A DNA stretch of 64,000 bases, from contig CAVRET010000002.1 of assembly GCA_963720265.1 (NCBI GenBank), forward strand, positions 1,006,069-1,070,068. The letters run 5' to 3'. Below are positions 38,075 to 47,849 of the stretch, piece by piece (the stretch's first letter is position 1; every line of letters begins with the position of its first letter). This stretch comes from an uncultured bacterium. GTDB lineage: Bacteria; Patescibacteriota; Saccharimonadia; UBA4664. The notes under the pieces are model-generated. The model saw nothing but the letters and a program-made list of their open reading frames with translations, was not told the origin of the DNA and ran no database searches. The position numbers and the translations under genes are program-made.

Positions 38075-38638
38075 TTACTGATTAAGCTGCTTTATTTCCG
38101 CCGCCACGGCCTCTATAGCCGTGGTGCCCTGCTGCATTTCGCTTCCGCCTTGCGTAATTAGGCCAGTATCCATACCGGCTACGCCCGATACACAATCTTG
38201 GGCACCCGACTCCCATGAGGCCAGACCCGTGCTCCAGTTCTTCTCCATGGAACTATCTGGAATTGCCGGGTCCGACTGGGCGATTGTGACTTCAGTCTCA
38301 ACTTGCTGGCAGTCATTGGACGAAGCAGCCATGTTTTCGTTGTTGGCATCCGACCGTAGCTTGCCCAGATCAGTGGCAAGAATGCTACTTACTGGTTCAC
38401 CGTACTTGGTAAACCAAGCATCTACCTGTTGGGTCGTCGAACTTACAGCCGGGGCCGGGGTTGGTGTTGGAGTTGACGACGAGGCCGTGTTGGTACTTTG
38501 CGAGTTGTTACTGGCAGCTCCCACGATCATAAATACGGCCAGGAGTGCCAAAACGACAGTCCATACCGGATGGCGCTGAAACCAGTTTTTCTCTTTAGGC
38601 TGCGGGCTCTCCACGAAGTATCTCCTTGGTAGAGGCAT
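38075..38638 (-). CDS. membrane-anchored extracytoplasmic hypothetical protein (N-in TM, S/T/P-rich linker)
   Basis: 187-aa ORF. Confidence 0.45.
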   Translation of the reverse strand: MPLPRRYFVESPQPKEKNWFQRHPVWTVVLALLAVFMIVGAASNNSQSTNTASSSTPTPTPAPAVSSTTQQVDAWFTKYGEPVSSILATDLGKLRSDANNENMAASSNDCQQVETEVTIAQSDPAIPDSSMEKNWSTGLASWESGAQDCVSGVAGMDTGLITQGGSEMQQGTTAIEAVAAEIKQLNQ

Positions 38639-38671
38639 TATAGCGCAGAAATGAGCGTTTTGGAGCTATGG

Positions 38672-39439
38672 CTAATCGGATTGGATAGGAATTACGTCCA
38701 GCTCCGTTGTTGGTACTTCGGTAATGCCGGACTTGCTGATATGCCAGGCGAATATTTGGCCGCCGATAGTTTGTGGGTAGCCGTCCAGCCTTTGCTTTGT
38801 TACAGATTCTTTCATTGCTCTTTGGATTATCCTAAGAGCCGATTTCGGTGTCAGTCTAACGTCCCTTATTCGTTGGTCGAGAAAATCATCAGCTTGTTTG
38901 TTGTTACCTATGCTGCAGAAGTTCCCCTCGACCAGAGTTACCTTGTAGCCGTTTGCCTCGTCATCAATATGGTATATTTCAACTTCGCCATCTACGCCCA
39001 CTCCTGCTATCAGAAGCTGCATTGATGCCTGGCGGTCGCCTGCGGCTTTCGTCTCATCCACAAGGCGTTTTGTAACACGGGCGGCCTTTCTTGCCACGTC
39101 TTCAACTGAAGCCATCGGATTGCCCTCGCAATAGCCCTGCAAGAACGCATTTATGTTATCAGCTCGCTCCTCGCGCATATAAACCATGGTTCGGCTGAGC
39201 ATTATGCGCTCTGAGACGATGAAAGCTTTGGGGTGCGTATCAAGATATGATAATTCGCCGGTCTCATCGCTGATCCTTTTTGCCAAACCATCGGAGGCAA
39301 CAGTTACGCCGTGACACTGTTTGATGTTTGTTGCCAGTGTCATTGTATCGAGTCGTCCTTTAGGCGCAAGTATTATATCAACATTATCACTTGACGTCAT
39401 GGTACAATCGCCGTGACCAACTATTGCTTGATCGGCCAT
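38672..39439 (-). CDS. hypothetical cytoplasmic protein
   Basis: 255-aa ORF with coding-like composition and no confident motif. Confidence 0.45.
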   Translation of the reverse strand: MADQAIVGHGDCTMTSSDNVDIILAPKGRLDTMTLATNIKQCHGVTVASDGLAKRISDETGELSYLDTHPKAFIVSERIMLSRTMVYMREERADNINAFLQGYCEGNPMASVEDVARKAARVTKRLVDETKAAGDRQASMQLLIAGVGVDGEVEIYHIDDEANGYKVTLVEGNFCSIGNNKQADDFLDQRIRDVRLTPKSALRIIQRAMKESVTKQRLDGYPQTIGGQIFAWHISKSGITEVPTTELDVIPIQSD

Positions 39440-40132
39440 AATATGCTATAAAGATAACAAGTGTTGCAGCACTCGCGCTATTGAGAGACGATTGGATATG
39501 GACCTGTGCTATCTGAAAGCATGGCACATGACCTTGCTTTTGCAATAGCTGTATTCCATCTTTCTACATGGATCCCGTGTGTCCCTGGGCTAGACGTATT
39601 GTACTGCCCACGTCTTGCCAACCGGATTGGCTGCCACCTAAAAAGACGCTGTATACGGCTGCTGATAGCATGGGTAGCGGTATTTGTTGTGTCCGACGGA
39701 ATATTTGTTAGTTGTCCTGTGTCGATTCTTTCGCAGGCAATCTACAGGCTGCACTATAGCAGCCAGACCATGAGCCCATCGTTGTTCACGCGGCCTATAC
39801 CAGGGCATCCGCAACTTTGGTGGACGCATCTGTCCCCGTTGACCCTGGTAACATTGACCACGCTTGACTTGACGAGCGCGATTATTTGCCTCGTTGTATC
39901 AACGGTCTGGCCGATCATCACTTCAAGGCGACACCCAGTGAAGGGAGGCGGGGCAGAGTAGACGCGCGGTTCTGCTCGCCCAAGCGGCTCAAGCTACGGC
40001 TTGGACCGCTTTTTGCTTTAGTGGTCACACCTTACGAACATCAAACCCTTTGCCCATCTCGAATTCGAATGATAAAATCACGAAATAATACCTTAACAAA
40101 AGGATAAGATAAGCATAACTATTTTGGTACAC

Positions 40133-40170
40133 CACGGTGTGAGATGTTCGAACCAAAATCCGGGAGACAA
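40133..40170. repeat. left copy of a ~35-nt imperfect direct repeat (CACGGTGTGAGATGTTCGAACC-N6-CGGGAGAC) flanking the relBE-like cassette
   Basis: Seen directly in the sequence. Partner at 40724-40762. Confidence 0.6.
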
Positions 40171-40179
40171 CTCGACCGG

Positions 40180-40431
40180 CTATCGATAAACGTCCCGTCG
40201 ATGGCCAATACGAATAACTTCAACTACTAATTGCTTATCCTCAATCGTGTAGATTACACGATAATCACCTAGGCGAATTCGCCAAGCGTTTACGCCTGAC
40301 ATCTTCTTTATACGGTTCGGCCGCGGCAATTCCGCCAAGGAGTCAATGACACTCGATACTTGTTTTAGGCTAGCAGCGGGCAATTTTCGCAACTCTTTGG
40401 CAGCACTCGAACGGAATGTGATTTGATACAT
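40180..40431 (-). CDS. relE: RelE/ParE family toxin
   Basis: 83 aa. ...WRIRLGDYRVIYTIEDKQLVVEVIRIGHRRDVY, a typical RelE/ParE C-terminus. Confidence 0.8.
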   Translation of the reverse strand: MYQITFRSSAAKELRKLPAASLKQVSSVIDSLAELPRPNRIKKMSGVNAWRIRLGDYRVIYTIEDKQLVVEVIRIGHRRDVYR

Positions 40432-40437
40432 CCTGCG

Positions 40438-40668
40438 CTAAAGCAGGCCATCTCTAATGAGATCTGCCTTGACCTTGTCCCAAGCAACTAGTGATTCAGA
40501 CTTACGTTCTTCAATCGTCGCAATATCCTGGGCGTCTTCTAATAGCTCAGCCAACTGGTCATTAATTAGCTCTGAGATGGATTTGCCTTGCTCGACTGCC
40601 TCATGTTGTAAATACTTTTTGACATAGGGGTTTAAATATACAGTTGTTCGCTCACTTAGAGACGCCAT
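40438..40668 (-). CDS. ribbon-helix-helix antitoxin paired with RelE
   Basis: 76-aa ORF located 6 nt upstream of the toxin gene. Confidence 0.65.
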   Translation of the reverse strand: MASLSERTTVYLNPYVKKYLQHEAVEQGKSISELINDQLAELLEDAQDIATIEERKSESLVAWDKVKADLIRDGLL

Positions 40669-40723
40669 GATAATGTCCTCGTTTGGGTTGATAATAACGT
40701 TCTAACGTTATAGCGTCAAGACG

Positions 40724-40762
40724 CCACAGTGTCAGATGTTCGAACCGTCCTTCGGGAGCCAA
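40724..40762. repeat. right copy of the direct repeat (CACAGTGTCAGATGTTCGAACC-N6-CGGGAGCC)
   Basis: Seen directly in the sequence. Confidence 0.6.
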
Positions 40763-40854
40763 AGGACTTATGCTTAGATAGCGGCTTGGTGGAGCCGTTA
40801 TTTTTTGTTGCGTTTGTTACCCCAGTCTGGACGCTCGAACCGTACCATTTGAAC

Positions 40855-41115
40855 TTACTGGGCCTGGAGAATAGCCAGTGTAGCCTTTACAGAAGGGTTA
40901 TCGCTCGGAAGATAGATGATATGCTCACCATACAATTCTTTGAGTGCCCTAAAGAACTCATCTGCCCAAGAAGGCGAGAGCGAGAGCACACCGGTAAAGT
41001 CAATTTGGATTTCTTTTGTGCCTGGATCTAACGTGGGTCGAATCGCTGCAAATGCCTCCCTCCCGGCTGGCCGGGAAGTTAATACATCTCCGAATTTCTT
41101 TAGTTCAATTCTCAT
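40855..41115 (-). CDS. DUF4325/STAS-like small protein (anti-sigma-antagonist-like)
   Basis: 86-aa ORF located 2 nt downstream of the GHKL gene. Its profile resembles STAS-like DUF4325. Confidence 0.5.
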   Translation of the reverse strand: MRIELKKFGDVLTSRPAGREAFAAIRPTLDPGTKEIQIDFTGVLSLSPSWADEFFRALKELYGEHIIYLPSDNPSVKATLAILQAQ

Positions 41116-41117
41116 GG

Positions 41118-41849
41118 TTAATACTCAATTCTAGCTAATACCCCGCGAACATTGCGATCTGCGAGGGTTACTTTTAGTTTCTTGGAATTATTCTTTTCAA
41201 TTGTGGCGATTGCTATGCCCGATTGTAAAGCGATTCCGATTGGATTTTGGATGGCAACCGTACGCACAAACTTAAGCCCATTCCCTCGCTGCTCGGGTGT
41301 CCTACCTGATACAAACTCAGTCATGGCGACGGTCAAAGCTTCGATGTCATCTTTAAGCCCTGGGCGTACTCTCAATAACGTTGATTTAATACCCACCCCT
41401 CGGTCCGCCAACACAATTACTCGCTTATTCAAATCATACCCGAAGAATAGGCCTGGAATATCGGGCCAGTTCCCAAGATTATGATCGAATGAGTTGTTGC
41501 CAATCTCTCCGGCCACGGCAGTTACAAGAGGTGCTGAGCCAGAAGTTCCAGGATCTCGATCTATAAGGCCTGCCATTCGATCGAGTCTGGCCCTGAACCG
41601 ATCCTGCGTATCGGAATAGTCGGCATCAGCGATAGCTGGCGCAACTTCGCTTGCGGCCCAGACTTGAGCCAGGCTAAAGAGTTCGGCATTATAGCGTTCA
41701 AGCATATCTCGGTGATAGTATCTGTGGCCTCCCGGACTTTTTAGTGCGGGCAATTTGCCCGATACATCCCAGCGACGCAGAGTCATCACTGTGACACCCA
41801 GGTACTTGGCGGCTTCACCTATTGAGATGAGGTTGTTATTTTTCGTCAT
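41118..41849 (-). CDS. MerR/excisionase-type HTH fused to a GHKL (HATPase_c, RsbW/SpoIIAB-like) domain
   Basis: N-terminal ISIGEAAKYLGVTVMTLRRWDVSGKLPA (HTH_17/MerR). C-terminal N-box EIGNNSFDHN, G1 DRGVGI and G2 GNGLKFV. Confidence 0.6.
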   Translation of the reverse strand: MTKNNNLISIGEAAKYLGVTVMTLRRWDVSGKLPALKSPGGHRYYHRDMLERYNAELFSLAQVWAASEVAPAIADADYSDTQDRFRARLDRMAGLIDRDPGTSGSAPLVTAVAGEIGNNSFDHNLGNWPDIPGLFFGYDLNKRVIVLADRGVGIKSTLLRVRPGLKDDIEALTVAMTEFVSGRTPEQRGNGLKFVRTVAIQNPIGIALQSGIAIATIEKNNSKKLKVTLADRNVRGVLARIEY

Positions 41850-42134
41850 GTATAGAAATTACCTCAAAACTATACAATTTGTCAAATATCTATACATTCT
41901 TTATTGATTCCTCGGTATTTGTATACTTTTGGAGAATCTTAGTGCCCCTTTGCTATCTTGCCCTTGAGCAAATAAGTTCTAACGTCGTCCGCTATGCGGA
42001 TCACACGGCGCCAATAGGAGAGGGCGCCCGGGCACAGAGATTTGCATAATGGCAACGTCACTCCATGAGGCTGGTTTAGAGGCGCTACTTTTACTCCAAC
42101 GCCGGCGAGTTCCGGGGATAATACAATCATTGGC

Positions 42135-44024
42135 CTAGCGGGTGAGGAGTCCGCCCCATTCGACGACGGTGAAGCCAGTACGGGCGGGCTTGGTGAAGGT
42201 CTGAGGTTGCATTGAGATGGGGGCAGAGAGGCCCTTGGCGTCGAGGAAGACCCTGATGAGTGTTTGCGGCTGGGGCGAAATGCTAAGCGGTGCCAGCTCA
42301 TTCATTTGAGCAGTGTTCAGCCAGGATAGACGCACATAGGGGGTGGATGGCAAGCGCGGTCCCCAGTACGCTATGAAGTCACTGGCCTCCTTTTGGTTTA
42401 TTCCTTGGGCGGCGAGCTGGGTAAGGATCGTGGATATAGCCTTATTCGTCGGAACGACCGAACCTTGGGTAATGAGCGGATAGGTGCCGTAGCCGGTGCC
42501 CTCCCAATATAGCGATGGGTAGTTTTGGCCCTGGTAGGTGAGATCGCCATTCGGGCGGGCTAACACATTACGCCAGCCGGAGATAGGATAGGCGGGATCT
42601 GAATTTGTTACGTTCGCACCAACGGCCACATTGACGTTTTCGGTATGGGCCGGATACAGGTAGATGACCGGCTTACCGCAGCCACCGTAAGAATACAAAT
42701 CGGAACGCTCATAGAGCACATACTCTCCGAGGCTATTTTTGGCAACGATGACGGCATGATCGGTGTTAATTTGCGACGGTGTGAGGGCGTTGCCAAGCAG
42801 ATTCTGCCCGTTGATCGTGGCAAAGAGTGGGCTGTTTTGGGGCAATTCGTAGATGGTTTCATTGCCCGGGCCAAATCCAGCGTATTCGAGCGAACTCGGA
42901 GAGACGTCCGCTAGTGTCACATACCCATCTGAGCCGCAACCAAACGTCCCGCTCAAGTAGGTCTTGAGATTATCCCCGTCTGTAAACTCAATGGACGGAG
43001 AGTTGGTGGCTGTGAGAGGGTCGGTGGGAAGATATTCGGCTGCAAAGACTCCGCCGACAACCGCGTATATTTCTTTGACGCTGTATGCTGATTTAGATTG
43101 GACAGTTACTTCGTAGTAGGTGGTATCGCCGATGGTACCGAGCTTGGCGATTTGCGAGGAGGGGGTTGACTGGTAGTAGGCGCCACGCAGGCCGGTCAAG
43201 CTCGCAATGAAATAGCCGTCAGGACCAGCGTAGTCGTCCGCCAGGTGTATGGCCAGACCTGAGACGATCGCGTTTTGAGGCAAATCGAGGGCCGCAATGG
43301 TATCCCATGTATTAAGGGTGACGTTTGTCTCAAGCGAATCTTCGGTCTGGTTGATTTGGCCCTTATTGGAGGGGATGCCTGGATTTAATGCGTCGTTGTA
43401 CAGACCTAGAATTTCGTAGCGAGCCGGGGTGGTTTCAATCGCGATATACCAGAACGTCTGCATCGGATGGTCGTAGTTGTAGGCGACAATAACGGGCTGG
43501 TTTTCGGCCGTGAGGCCAATTTGGACATAATGGATTTGGCTAGAGGTTATGGTAGGCGGACAGTCGGCCGTCTCGCTTATGCCGCTGCAATTTGTACCAA
43601 ACATCGCCTCTACACTCGAAGGTTTAAAGAAGTTAAGGTTTGTAAGAGGCACGGCAGCATTATATGTCTGGGCGCTGATCTCATTTGCGGGGGTTGGCGA
43701 ACTGCTTGGTGAAGGCGTGGGTGTTGGGCTCATGGTGGAGCTGGAGGACGGTTGGGGCGTATGGCTGGCCTTATGAGCAGAGGCCAGGTGATACTGCCAG
43801 AGGCCTACCACCAGTAAGAGGACGATCGCAAGCACGCTTATGCTGAGTTCGATCGTCCGATGAATTCGAGATCCTGATGGCTTCGGCGAGGCGGACTTGG
43901 GTGCAACTGCCGGTGGTAATGCCTCGGGCGCAGAGTTTGCTACGACTGGAACATTCACTTTTTTGGCTATTCGTGATTTTGCTGCCTTAGTGGCCTTAGG
44001 GTCGCCTGGTGCATTTGCGCTCAT
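42135..44024 (-). CDS. bitopic membrane protein: disordered basic N-tail, one TM, S/T/P linker, large extracytoplasmic domain
   Basis: 629-aa ORF with no confident domain. Confidence 0.5.
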   Translation of the reverse strand: MSANAPGDPKATKAAKSRIAKKVNVPVVANSAPEALPPAVAPKSASPKPSGSRIHRTIELSISVLAIVLLLVVGLWQYHLASAHKASHTPQPSSSSTMSPTPTPSPSSSPTPANEISAQTYNAAVPLTNLNFFKPSSVEAMFGTNCSGISETADCPPTITSSQIHYVQIGLTAENQPVIVAYNYDHPMQTFWYIAIETTPARYEILGLYNDALNPGIPSNKGQINQTEDSLETNVTLNTWDTIAALDLPQNAIVSGLAIHLADDYAGPDGYFIASLTGLRGAYYQSTPSSQIAKLGTIGDTTYYEVTVQSKSAYSVKEIYAVVGGVFAAEYLPTDPLTATNSPSIEFTDGDNLKTYLSGTFGCGSDGYVTLADVSPSSLEYAGFGPGNETIYELPQNSPLFATINGQNLLGNALTPSQINTDHAVIVAKNSLGEYVLYERSDLYSYGGCGKPVIYLYPAHTENVNVAVGANVTNSDPAYPISGWRNVLARPNGDLTYQGQNYPSLYWEGTGYGTYPLITQGSVVPTNKAISTILTQLAAQGINQKEASDFIAYWGPRLPSTPYVRLSWLNTAQMNELAPLSISPQPQTLIRVFLDAKGLSAPISMQPQTFTKPARTGFTVVEWGGLLTR

Positions 44025-44367
44025 GCTTTAAGCATAAGTTGTATGGGACGTGTTCTGCAAATGCACCCCAGCTATCTTTGACACGCCCTTGCCCATACAT
44101 GGTAAGCCTAAGATTGTAGTCCTCTAAGCTGGCGTATTGCTTTCATCCATAATGCATTGCCCGCCAGAGATACGCTGGATGGACGAGGTACCTAAGGTAG
44201 TCGGATTTAGTGAGCCATTTCATACGCGAGTATTATAGGAGCGGCTGCGCGCCGGCTGATCGTGGCTATTTTCCCTTACCATTTGGGTTCAACACGCTTG
44301 TGCTCGCTAATTAGTGCCGGATTTTTGTAAAATTGTCTAAAGGTGGGCCGCAGCTAAAAAGGAAGAT

Positions 44368-44712
44368 ATGGCTCCGCCACAGGAACATGAAACAGAATAT
44401 GTTAGCTTACTCGGTACTGGGGAGGATCGGGTGGTTACTCGCTTCCGCAGGCTGGGCAAGGTGGCGATCGAATTTTCAGTTGTATACGAAGCTCTAATTG
44501 GCGGTAAGTGGCGCAAAGTTACCGCTTTCGATAACGCCCATGACTCGGAACCGCATCAGCGTATTTGCCGTATTTCGAGCCCAGAATATAAAGTACTATT
44601 CCCGTGGTTGGATTCGAACCAGGCGCTGACCGAATCCAAACGAATCATCCGCGTCAACTACCAGAAAATGCGCGCAAACTATCTATATACTAAGCATAAG
44701 AGGTTACAATGA
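44368..44712 (+). CDS. hypothetical protein, upstream member of an overlapping gene pair
   Basis: 114 aa. Overlaps the next ORF (ATGATGG). Confidence 0.4.
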   Translation: MAPPQEHETEYVSLLGTGEDRVVTRFRRLGKVAIEFSVVYEALIGGKWRKVTAFDNAHDSEPHQRICRISSPEYKVLFPWLDSNQALTESKRIIRVNYQKMRANYLYTKHKRLQ

Positions 44713-44966
44713 TGGCAATGGACAAAGCATTCATAGACAAGAACGTCGAGCTTTCCCTCGAGTTAGACAGTTACCTGGCTGAACATTTTGACTTGTATGA
44801 GCACATTCCTAACGGTGCGCTTGTGATAATTACCGTCAAAGCAGATGACGATTTCAACTCTAAGAGCCTGAGCCTTGTACGCAAGTCTCGCTCGAAGCGC
44901 CCCGTGGTTGAGGCTGAGAAGTCCGGTAGCGTTTGGACGTTGCGCCCTTTGGCGGCTGCCGCTTAG
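44709..44966 (+). CDS. hypothetical small protein, downstream member of the pair
   Basis: 85-aa ORF followed by a terminator. Confidence 0.4.
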   Translation: MMAMDKAFIDKNVELSLELDSYLAEHFDLYEHIPNGALVIITVKADDDFNSKSLSLVRKSRSKRPVVEAEKSGSVWTLRPLAAAA

Positions 44967-44994
44967 CGCGGATTCACTGATATAGACGTATAAC

Positions 44995-45024
44995 GAGCTC
45001 CCCCGAAAGCGGGGCTCTTTTTTT
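44995..45024 (+). terminator. rho-independent terminator (GAGCTCCCC-GAAAG-CGGGGCTC + T7)
   Basis: Seen directly in the sequence. Confidence 0.55.
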
Positions 45025-45389
45025 GAAGCCATTCGTATCTTCCAAGCGCCAGACTAGATTCCAATGCTCGTCAGTGACTGCGGTGGCGTAGCATTAAATA
45101 GGCCCCTCCGGTCGCAGGAGTTAAGGTCAGCAGTTTGGCACAGCATTGTCTACGAACGGCGTCCCGTGCAGAGATCCCGAGGTCTGTCCGTCGTTATAGA
45201 AGGCGTCGGCAGAGACATAGAACCCATTGCATATCTTTCACCCTTGCGGCACGTCCTGGGCTAGCGCATAGTTTAGCCATAATGAGGGTTCGCAAGGGCG
45301 GCGATGATTAGGTTTGAACCGAGTTCTTGAGTTCCAATAATTTCAGCGGGTAGTATTCCTCTTAAGGAAAACAAAAGGAAAAACTACCC

Positions 45390-46199
45390 ATGTCAAAGCG
45401 TACCTTCTACTTGGTACCGCAACAATACCAATGGCTATCCCAGGCACTACCTGCGCCCGTAGCCAAGACCAAGCCGCCGGTGGCAAACGAAGAGCTACTC
45501 GGTGGTATTTTGTTTGTGCTCAAAACTGGCAGCCGGTGGCAGGATATCCCAACTACCATCTGTCCGCATGACCCCAGCACCTGCTGGCGCCGACTCAGCT
45601 TTTGGCGTGGCCGAGGAGCGCTGGTCGGGACTTGGCGTGAGGTTCTCGGACTGCTCGACCGGCAAGGCAAAGTCGACCTGTCACTCGGCGCGTTAGATGG
45701 TTCGCTCGTCCAGTCACCGGCTTTTAAGGATGGCACTGGTTACTCCGGCAAACACCACCGGACTGGCACCAATATTTCGCTTGTGACTGACAAACAAGGC
45801 TTGCCACTGGCCAACGTCCTGGCTAAAGGCAACCGTCATGACCCGACCAATGCCGAGGCCACTATCCGGAAGATTCGCGTGGGTGCTAAGCGGCGGGTTA
45901 AACAACTCAACGCCGACAAAGGGTACGACTCTCGTACCTTCCGGACTGCCTTACGTAAGCGCGGCATTAAGGCCAATATCCCTGAGCGCATATTCAAGAA
46001 GCGGCGCAAACGCGGCCGCAAGCCCAGTTACGACAAAGCAACGGCCAAATTCCGGGCCTTTGTCGAGCGCACTAATGCCTGGCTAAAATACTTCCGTAAG
46101 TTACGTTACCGGTGGGAACGAAAGAAAAGCATGTTTCAGGCCTTTGTTGATCTGGCCTGTCTGCTTATCTGTTTGCGGCGGGTTGGAGATATGCAATGA
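45390..46199 (+). mobile_element. IS5-family (DDE_Tnp_1) transposase gene
   Basis: 269 aa. GAGGAA SD upstream. Conserved IS5 blocks LDGS..., LVTDKQGLPL and NADKGYDS. Confidence 0.8.
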
Positions 46200-46658
46200 G
46201 TTCGTAGTCAAAAGAGGCTCAGTTGGGCCTCGATTAGTCTGTGGAAGAAGATCGAACCATTCTATTGGATCGAGTGAAGCGCCTGATGTCTTTCTTATGA
46301 GCAGCCCTTAACCCCCATGCGGGTGTCTTTCCCTAGAAGGAGCTTGCCATCCTTATGCGACAACAACAGCGACTCCAACGCTCGGCCTATCATTCATCTC
46401 AACTCCTTTCGGCTTTCCAGTAACATACTATGACCAGCCCAAATCCGCTCGACCAGTTCTTGATATAGACCGGCACGATTCACCATAGAATAATTTAAAT
46501 AGTCAAATGCAAAGCTAAAATAATTCATTGCGGGGAACCGCAGCTCTCACCGCCGTGAGAGCTGCGGTTCCGCCAGTCGCCGACGAGCACGATCGTCAGC
46601 GATCTATGTTATGCGCGCCTGATGGAACCCCCCGTTGGGTGGGGTCCGCGCGGAGATG

Positions 46659-47849
46659 TCAGAGAACCTGACTGGAAGTGTAGGGCTGGACGCAGCCCTT
46701 CTTGCAGTTGTTGTGTACCGGTCGTTGGTTGCGGGGCCTGACCTGCCTGTGTGCCACCTGGGGGCGGCACTGGGACCGGCAGGTGTTGGAGCAGCAGACC
46801 CGCTTGGACTTAGGCGGCGGGCAGTAGCTGCACTTGTTGTTGACCCACTTGTAGTACTTGGTCGTGCAGGGCGCGGGCTTCAGCTTGTGCACGACCACGA
46901 CCGTCGTGACCACGTGCTTCACCGGCGGGCAGTAGGTGCACACGTTGTTGACCCACTTGTAGTACTTGGCCGTGCAGGGCGCGGGCTTCGGCTTGCACAG
47001 GACGCACTTGCCGTTCACCTTGACGGTTCCCTTGACGCACTTCAGCGGCGTGTTGTGATGCACGACCACCTTCGTGCACGTGCAGCGGACCACGGGAGTG
47101 ACAACACGCTTCGTGTGGTACACGACGACCACCGGCGTGGACGGCCCGGTGCAGAACCCGTTGACCAGCTTCCATCCCTTGATGGTACAGGGGTTGTGGC
47201 CTATCTTGTGGACGGCCACAGGCTTCGGCGGGCACTTCACGCACTGGCCGTTCACGAACTGGTATCCGTAGTGGTTGCCCGAGCAGTTCGGGTTGTGAGA
47301 CACGACCGGGCGGCAGTTGTTGTCGCCGTAGCCGTTCGGCGGGCCGCGGCTCCCGTAGGGGCTATTGCAGCTCACGGGCGGCCGGTTCACCGGGCACTTC
47401 GGCTGTATCCACCCCATCTGCTGCGGCGGGCTGGACCCGTTGTTCGGCGGTCCCGTGGACACGCCGCCGTACTGGCCACCTCCCTGAGCGGCCGTGACGT
47501 TGGAATCGGTCGAGTAACCCTTGTGAGGGTTTCCCTGCTGGTCGTTGAGGCCGGGGCAGTCGCCGCCGTTCGGCTGGGCCGGGGTGCTGATGCCGGTGTT
47601 GTCGCCGGTCAGGGCGAAGTTCCCGATGCCAGAGTGGCTCCCGAAAGCGCCGAGAAGGAGCATGGCGCCGCCGGCCGCGATGGCGACAGGCAGAACAAAG
47701 CGGGCAAGTAGCCAGCGCGCGTAGGCGGGCATCCCGCTGCCACGCGGCGGCCTAGCCACCAACGTACGGATCTTATGCATGGAACAACAGCCTTCCTGAA
47801 TCGGTTCCTGCGGTTTTTTCGATGAACTACGAACAACGAACTCGAACAC
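46659..47849 (-). CDS. secreted/membrane-anchored cysteine-rich repeat protein (very GC-rich)
   Basis: 396 aa. N-terminal TM. Tandem modules CxxKPKPAPCT(A/T)KYYKWVNN(V/K)C(T/S)YCPP. The plus-strand ORF 46635-47711 has antisense-artefact composition. Confidence 0.5.
   Translation of the reverse strand: MFEFVVRSSSKKPQEPIQEGCCSMHKIRTLVARPPRGSGMPAYARWLLARFVLPVAIAAGGAMLLLGAFGSHSGIGNFALTGDNTGISTPAQPNGGDCPGLNDQQGNPHKGYSTDSNVTAAQGGGQYGGVSTGPPNNGSSPPQQMGWIQPKCPVNRPPVSCNSPYGSRGPPNGYGDNNCRPVVSHNPNCSGNHYGYQFVNGQCVKCPPKPVAVHKIGHNPCTIKGWKLVNGFCTGPSTPVVVVYHTKRVVTPVVRCTCTKVVVHHNTPLKCVKGTVKVNGKCVLCKPKPAPCTAKYYKWVNNVCTYCPPVKHVVTTVVVVHKLKPAPCTTKYYKWVNNKCSYCPPPKSKRVCCSNTCRSQCRPQVAHRQVRPRNQRPVHNNCKKGCVQPYTSSQVL

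Noticed and set aside
38672-39439. Proteasome/Ntn-hydrolase-like assignment for the 255-aa protein
   Set aside because: Only a vague resemblance (Thr-rich N-terminus) and no conserved catalytic motif, so I left it as hypothetical.
39506-39961. 151-aa plus-strand ORF
   Set aside because: Cys/Trp-rich, no SD, and it lies in an apparently non-coding spacer, so it is probably spurious.
40140-40765. tRNA or tRNA fragment suggested by the GTTCGAACC (T-arm-like) cores
   Set aside because: No acceptor stem or anticodon arm can be folded around either copy. I treated them as direct repeats instead.
46635-47711. 358-aa plus-strand ORF overlapping the Cys-rich gene
   Set aside because: Ala/Arg/Val/Gly-rich composition typical of the antisense frame of GC-rich coding DNA. 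The minus-strand ORF has signal/TM and ordered Cys repeats.
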